Shown: positions 61,141-64,000 of the stretch, one piece after another
Numbering within the stretch: the stretch's first letter is position 1
Layout of the letters: each line of letters begins with the position of its first letter
Source: Malacoraja senta
Lineage: Eukaryota
Direction of reading: 5' to 3'
Assembly: GCA_038087875.1 (NCBI GenBank)
Contig: JAXLNO010000573.1
Span: forward strand, 124,001 to 188,000
Length of the DNA: 64,000 bases
The notes under the pieces: generated by a model
What the model was told of the DNA's origin: nothing
Seen by the model: only the letters and a program-made list of their open reading frames with translations
Database searches by the model: none
Made by a program: the position numbers and the translations under genes

Positions 61141-64000
61141 ATGCATGACACCACACAAAAGAACCTAGGAGGAGTCTCATTTTGTAGTTGGAATATAAGA
61201 GGCATTAATGAACCTATCAAAAGGGGTAAGATATTAGCTCAGCTAAAAATGTATAATTCTGACATTACCTTCCTACAAGAAACACACCTAAAACCTCAGG
61301 ACCAAGTTAGGCTGAGGGCGAAATGGATAGGTCAAACATACCACTCTTCATTCACTTCAAAATCTAGAGGCACGTCAATTATCATAAGAAAAGGTATACC
61401 ATTTAAAGCAAAGAATATTATAACAGATATAGAAGGGAGATACCTAATAGTTAATGGAGAAATCCATGACACTCCACTTACTTTGGTAAATATATATGCC
61501 CCTAACTTTGATAACCCCCACTTTTTCAATAAAATCTTCAATATAATTGCAGAGTCAAACTATCAAAATGTTATAATAGGCGGAGACTTTAATTGTGTTT
61601 TAGACCCGTACTTAGATAAATCAAGTCAAAAACAGAGAGGGAATATGAAATCGAAAACTGGGGAACTCCTCAATACCTACATAAACAACACTAATATAGC
61701 AGATGTTTGGAGAATTGTGAACCCAACTGGCAGGGAATATTCGTTTTACTCAATGGTACATAAGACATACTCACGTATAGACTACTTTCTGCTGGATACA
61801 AAATTAATCCCCCAAACATCTAATGCAATATATCATACAAATTCAATTTCAGACCATTCTCCACTAACTTTCTTTTTAAAACTGGAAGGATTGTCTAAGA
61901 ATAATTCATTCTGGAGATTTAACTCTCAAATTTTAAAAGATCCACAAGCGAGTATATATTTAAAAGAACAAATGGAGGTCTTTTTTCAAACAAATGATAC
62001 TTCAGATATATCGCCTACTTTACTTTGGGAATCTTTTAAAGCATACATTAGGGGTATTATAATTTCATATCAAGCTTTTCAAAATAAAAAGAATAAGAAT
62101 GAACAAAGACAGTTAGAAGAACTTATTAGACAAATGGATATAGATAATGCTAAAGATCCAACAATAGATAAACATAATAAAATAATAATTTTAAAATTTA
62201 AATTAAATAAATTATTATCTGCCAAACTTATAAGACTTTTTCAAATTACAAAACAAGAGCACTTTGAATTTGGGGATAAACCGCATAAACTTTTGGCTCG
62301 CCAGCTAAAAAAACGAGAAAAGGAACATACTATACCAAAGATCAAATCAGATAAAGGGGAATTATTAACAACACCGAAGGATATTAATAAAAGATTTGCG
62401 CAATTTTACGAGAATTTGTATACATCTAAAACGATAATTGATTCCAATAATATCACAAAGTTCTTGGATACCTGTAATCTTCCAAAGTTAGAGCTGAAGG
62501 AACAAGAGGAACTGGGTGCACAAATCTCAATTAAGGAATTAGAAGATACAATAAACTCACTAAAAAATGGAAAAACACCAGGCCCTGATGGATTTACTAA
62601 TGAATTTTATAAAAACTTTTATGAAAAAATAATACCAAGATTACAAAAAATGTACCAATACGCTTTTAAAAAACGAATACTACCTGATACATTAGCGGAA
62701 TCAACGATTACATTAATACCTAAGAAAAATAAGGATTTAGAAGATCCTGGCTCACATAGAGCTATAGCATTGTTAAACACAGATCAAAAAATATTAGCGA
62801 AAACATTAGCCAGAAGATTAAGTAAATACATTAGTAAATTAATAAACCCAGATCAGACAGGGTTTATCCCTAAGAGATACTCTTCTAATAATATGAGACG
62901 TCTACTCAACATAATGCACTCACACAAATCTGAAGATCAAGAATTATCAATTATTTCGCTGGATGCTGAAAAAGCATTTGATCAAGTAGAATGGAATTAT
63001 ATGGATAAAGTATTACAAAAATTTCAACTGGGAGAGAATTTTATTTTATGGATTAAGTTACTATATAACAAACCTACAGCTAGAATACTTACTAATAACA
63101 TATTATCCTCGAAATTTCAACTATCAAGGGGAAATAGACAAGGATGCTCATTATCACCACAGCTGTTTGCTCTCGTTATTGAACCGCTAGCAGAAAAAAT
63201 TAGAATACACCCTGATATTCATGGATATAATACTAAAGACTCATATAATAAAATATCTTTATACGCGGATGATATATTATTGTATATTACAAAACCTCAA
63301 ATCACTATACCAAATATATTAAATTTAATTGAAGACTTCGGATCTTTTTCTGGATATAGAATAAATTGGAATAAAAGTGAAATTATGTCAATAAAACCGA
63401 AAGATTCAACACATCTTTTAAAATTCCCTTTTAAAATAGCTACAGAAAAATTTAAATATTTGGGAATCGAAATTACCAGAGCATATCAAGGTATGCTCAG
63501 GGCAAATTTTGACCCCCTACTTAATAAACTGAATACATTAATTAAATTCTGGAAAACGCTTCCGATGTCTTTAATAGGCCGAATAAACGCAATAAAAATG
63601 ATCTTTTTACCACAAATTTTATACCTATTTCAATCAATTCCTATATACTTACCTAAGAAGTTTTTTAAAAAACTCGACTCAGATATCACTAATTTTATAT
63701 GGGACTATAAATCACATAGAATACAAAAAACCCATCTGAATAAATCTAAAGTATTGGGGGGTCTAGCACTACCTAATTTTATGTATTATTATTGGTCAGT
63801 AAATATTAAAAACATGATTCAACTGATGGATAACTCCGCCCAGCAAGTAGACTGGATTGTAATGGAGAAAGAGGATTGCTCCTCTAGAAACATTGGAGCG
63901 ATCCTCCTCTCTCCAATGAAATTGAATAACATAAACTATAATAAGAACCCAATTATTCATAGTACAATCCGTATTTGGAAACAAATAAAACAAAATTTAA
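61141..64000 (+). CDS. L1 ORF2p (APE endonuclease + RT), partial, runs off the window
   Basis: Manual translation from ATG 61141 has no stop to 64000: SWNIRG, FLQETH, NIYAPN, GGDFN, SRIDY, SDH, KTPGPDG, SLDAEKAFD, GNRQGCSLSP, YADD (63262-63273), KYLG; absent from the ORF track, presumably because no stop is reached. Confidence 0.95.
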   Translation, partial: MHDTTQKNLGGVSFCSWNIRGINEPIKRGKILAQLKMYNSDITFLQETHLKPQDQVRLRAKWIGQTYHSSFTSKSRGTSIIIRKGIPFKAKNIITDIEGRYLIVNGEIHDTPLTLVNIYAPNFDNPHFFNKIFNIIAESNYQNVIIGGDFNCVLDPYLDKSSQKQRGNMKSKTGELLNTYINNTNIADVWRIVNPTGREYSFYSMVHKTYSRIDYFLLDTKLIPQTSNAIYHTNSISDHSPLTFFLKLEGLSKNNSFWRFNSQILKDPQASIYLKEQMEVFFQTNDTSDISPTLLWESFKAYIRGIIISYQAFQNKKNKNEQRQLEELIRQMDIDNAKDPTIDKHNKIIILKFKLNKLLSAKLIRLFQITKQEHFEFGDKPHKLLARQLKKREKEHTIPKIKSDKGELLTTPKDINKRFAQFYENLYTSKTIIDSNNITKFLDTCNLPKLELKEQEELGAQISIKELEDTINSLKNGKTPGPDGFTNEFYKNFYEKIIPRLQKMYQYAFKKRILPDTLAESTITLIPKKNKDLEDPGSHRAIALLNTDQKILAKTLARRLSKYISKLINPDQTGFIPKRYSSNNMRRLLNIMHSHKSEDQELSIISLDAEKAFDQVEWNYMDKVLQKFQLGENFILWIKLLYNKPTARILTNNILSSKFQLSRGNRQGCSLSPQLFALVIEPLAEKIRIHPDIHGYNTKDSYNKISLYADDILLYITKPQITIPNILNLIEDFGSFSGYRINWNKSEIMSIKPKDSTHLLKFPFKIATEKFKYLGIEITRAYQGMLRANFDPLLNKLNTLIKFWKTLPMSLIGRINAIKMIFLPQILYLFQSIPIYLPKKFFKKLDSDITNFIWDYKSHRIQKTHLNKSKVLGGLALPNFMYYYWSVNIKNMIQLMDNSAQQVDWIVMEKEDCSSRNIGAILLSPMKLNNINYNKNPIIHSTIRIWKQIKQNL

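Larger units (their letters stand above)
59080..64000 (+). mobile_element. Apparently full-length L1-clade LINE (3' end beyond the window)
   Basis: CpG-containing 5' UTR, intact ORF1, 806-bp spacer, open ORF2; 5' boundary approximate and TSD not testable here. Confidence 0.93.

Overview
Eukaryotic, AT-rich, repeat-dominated DNA. The repeat families (CR1/HER1-type LINEs, HE1-type V-SINEs, Neptune-like Penelope elements, fish-type L1 and Tx1) point to a cartilaginous fish, probably a skate or ray; this is inference from repeat content. I cannot support any host protein-coding gene, only weak micro-exon candidates, so the window is probably intronic or intergenic. It holds many CR1 fragments (one 3.4-kb copy with a TSD), an apparently intact L1 whose ORF2 runs open off the right edge, a truncated L1, a Tx1 element sitting in a (GA)n tract, three hAT elements, a Harbinger-type MITE, a Gypsy derivative with two LTRs and an internal inversion, a solo LTR, and several Penelope-like (PLE) fold-back elements with hammerhead-ribozyme-like cores. 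The best leads are a U-UUA-AAC -1 frameshift signal joining CR1 ORF1 to the ORF2 frame, the PLE hammerhead/fold-back architecture, the inverted Gypsy interior, a structured L1 inter-ORF region and a three-level nested insertion. No prokaryotic-type system (CRISPR, operon) is present. Family names come from motif recognition, not database searches, and boundaries of decayed repeats are approximate.
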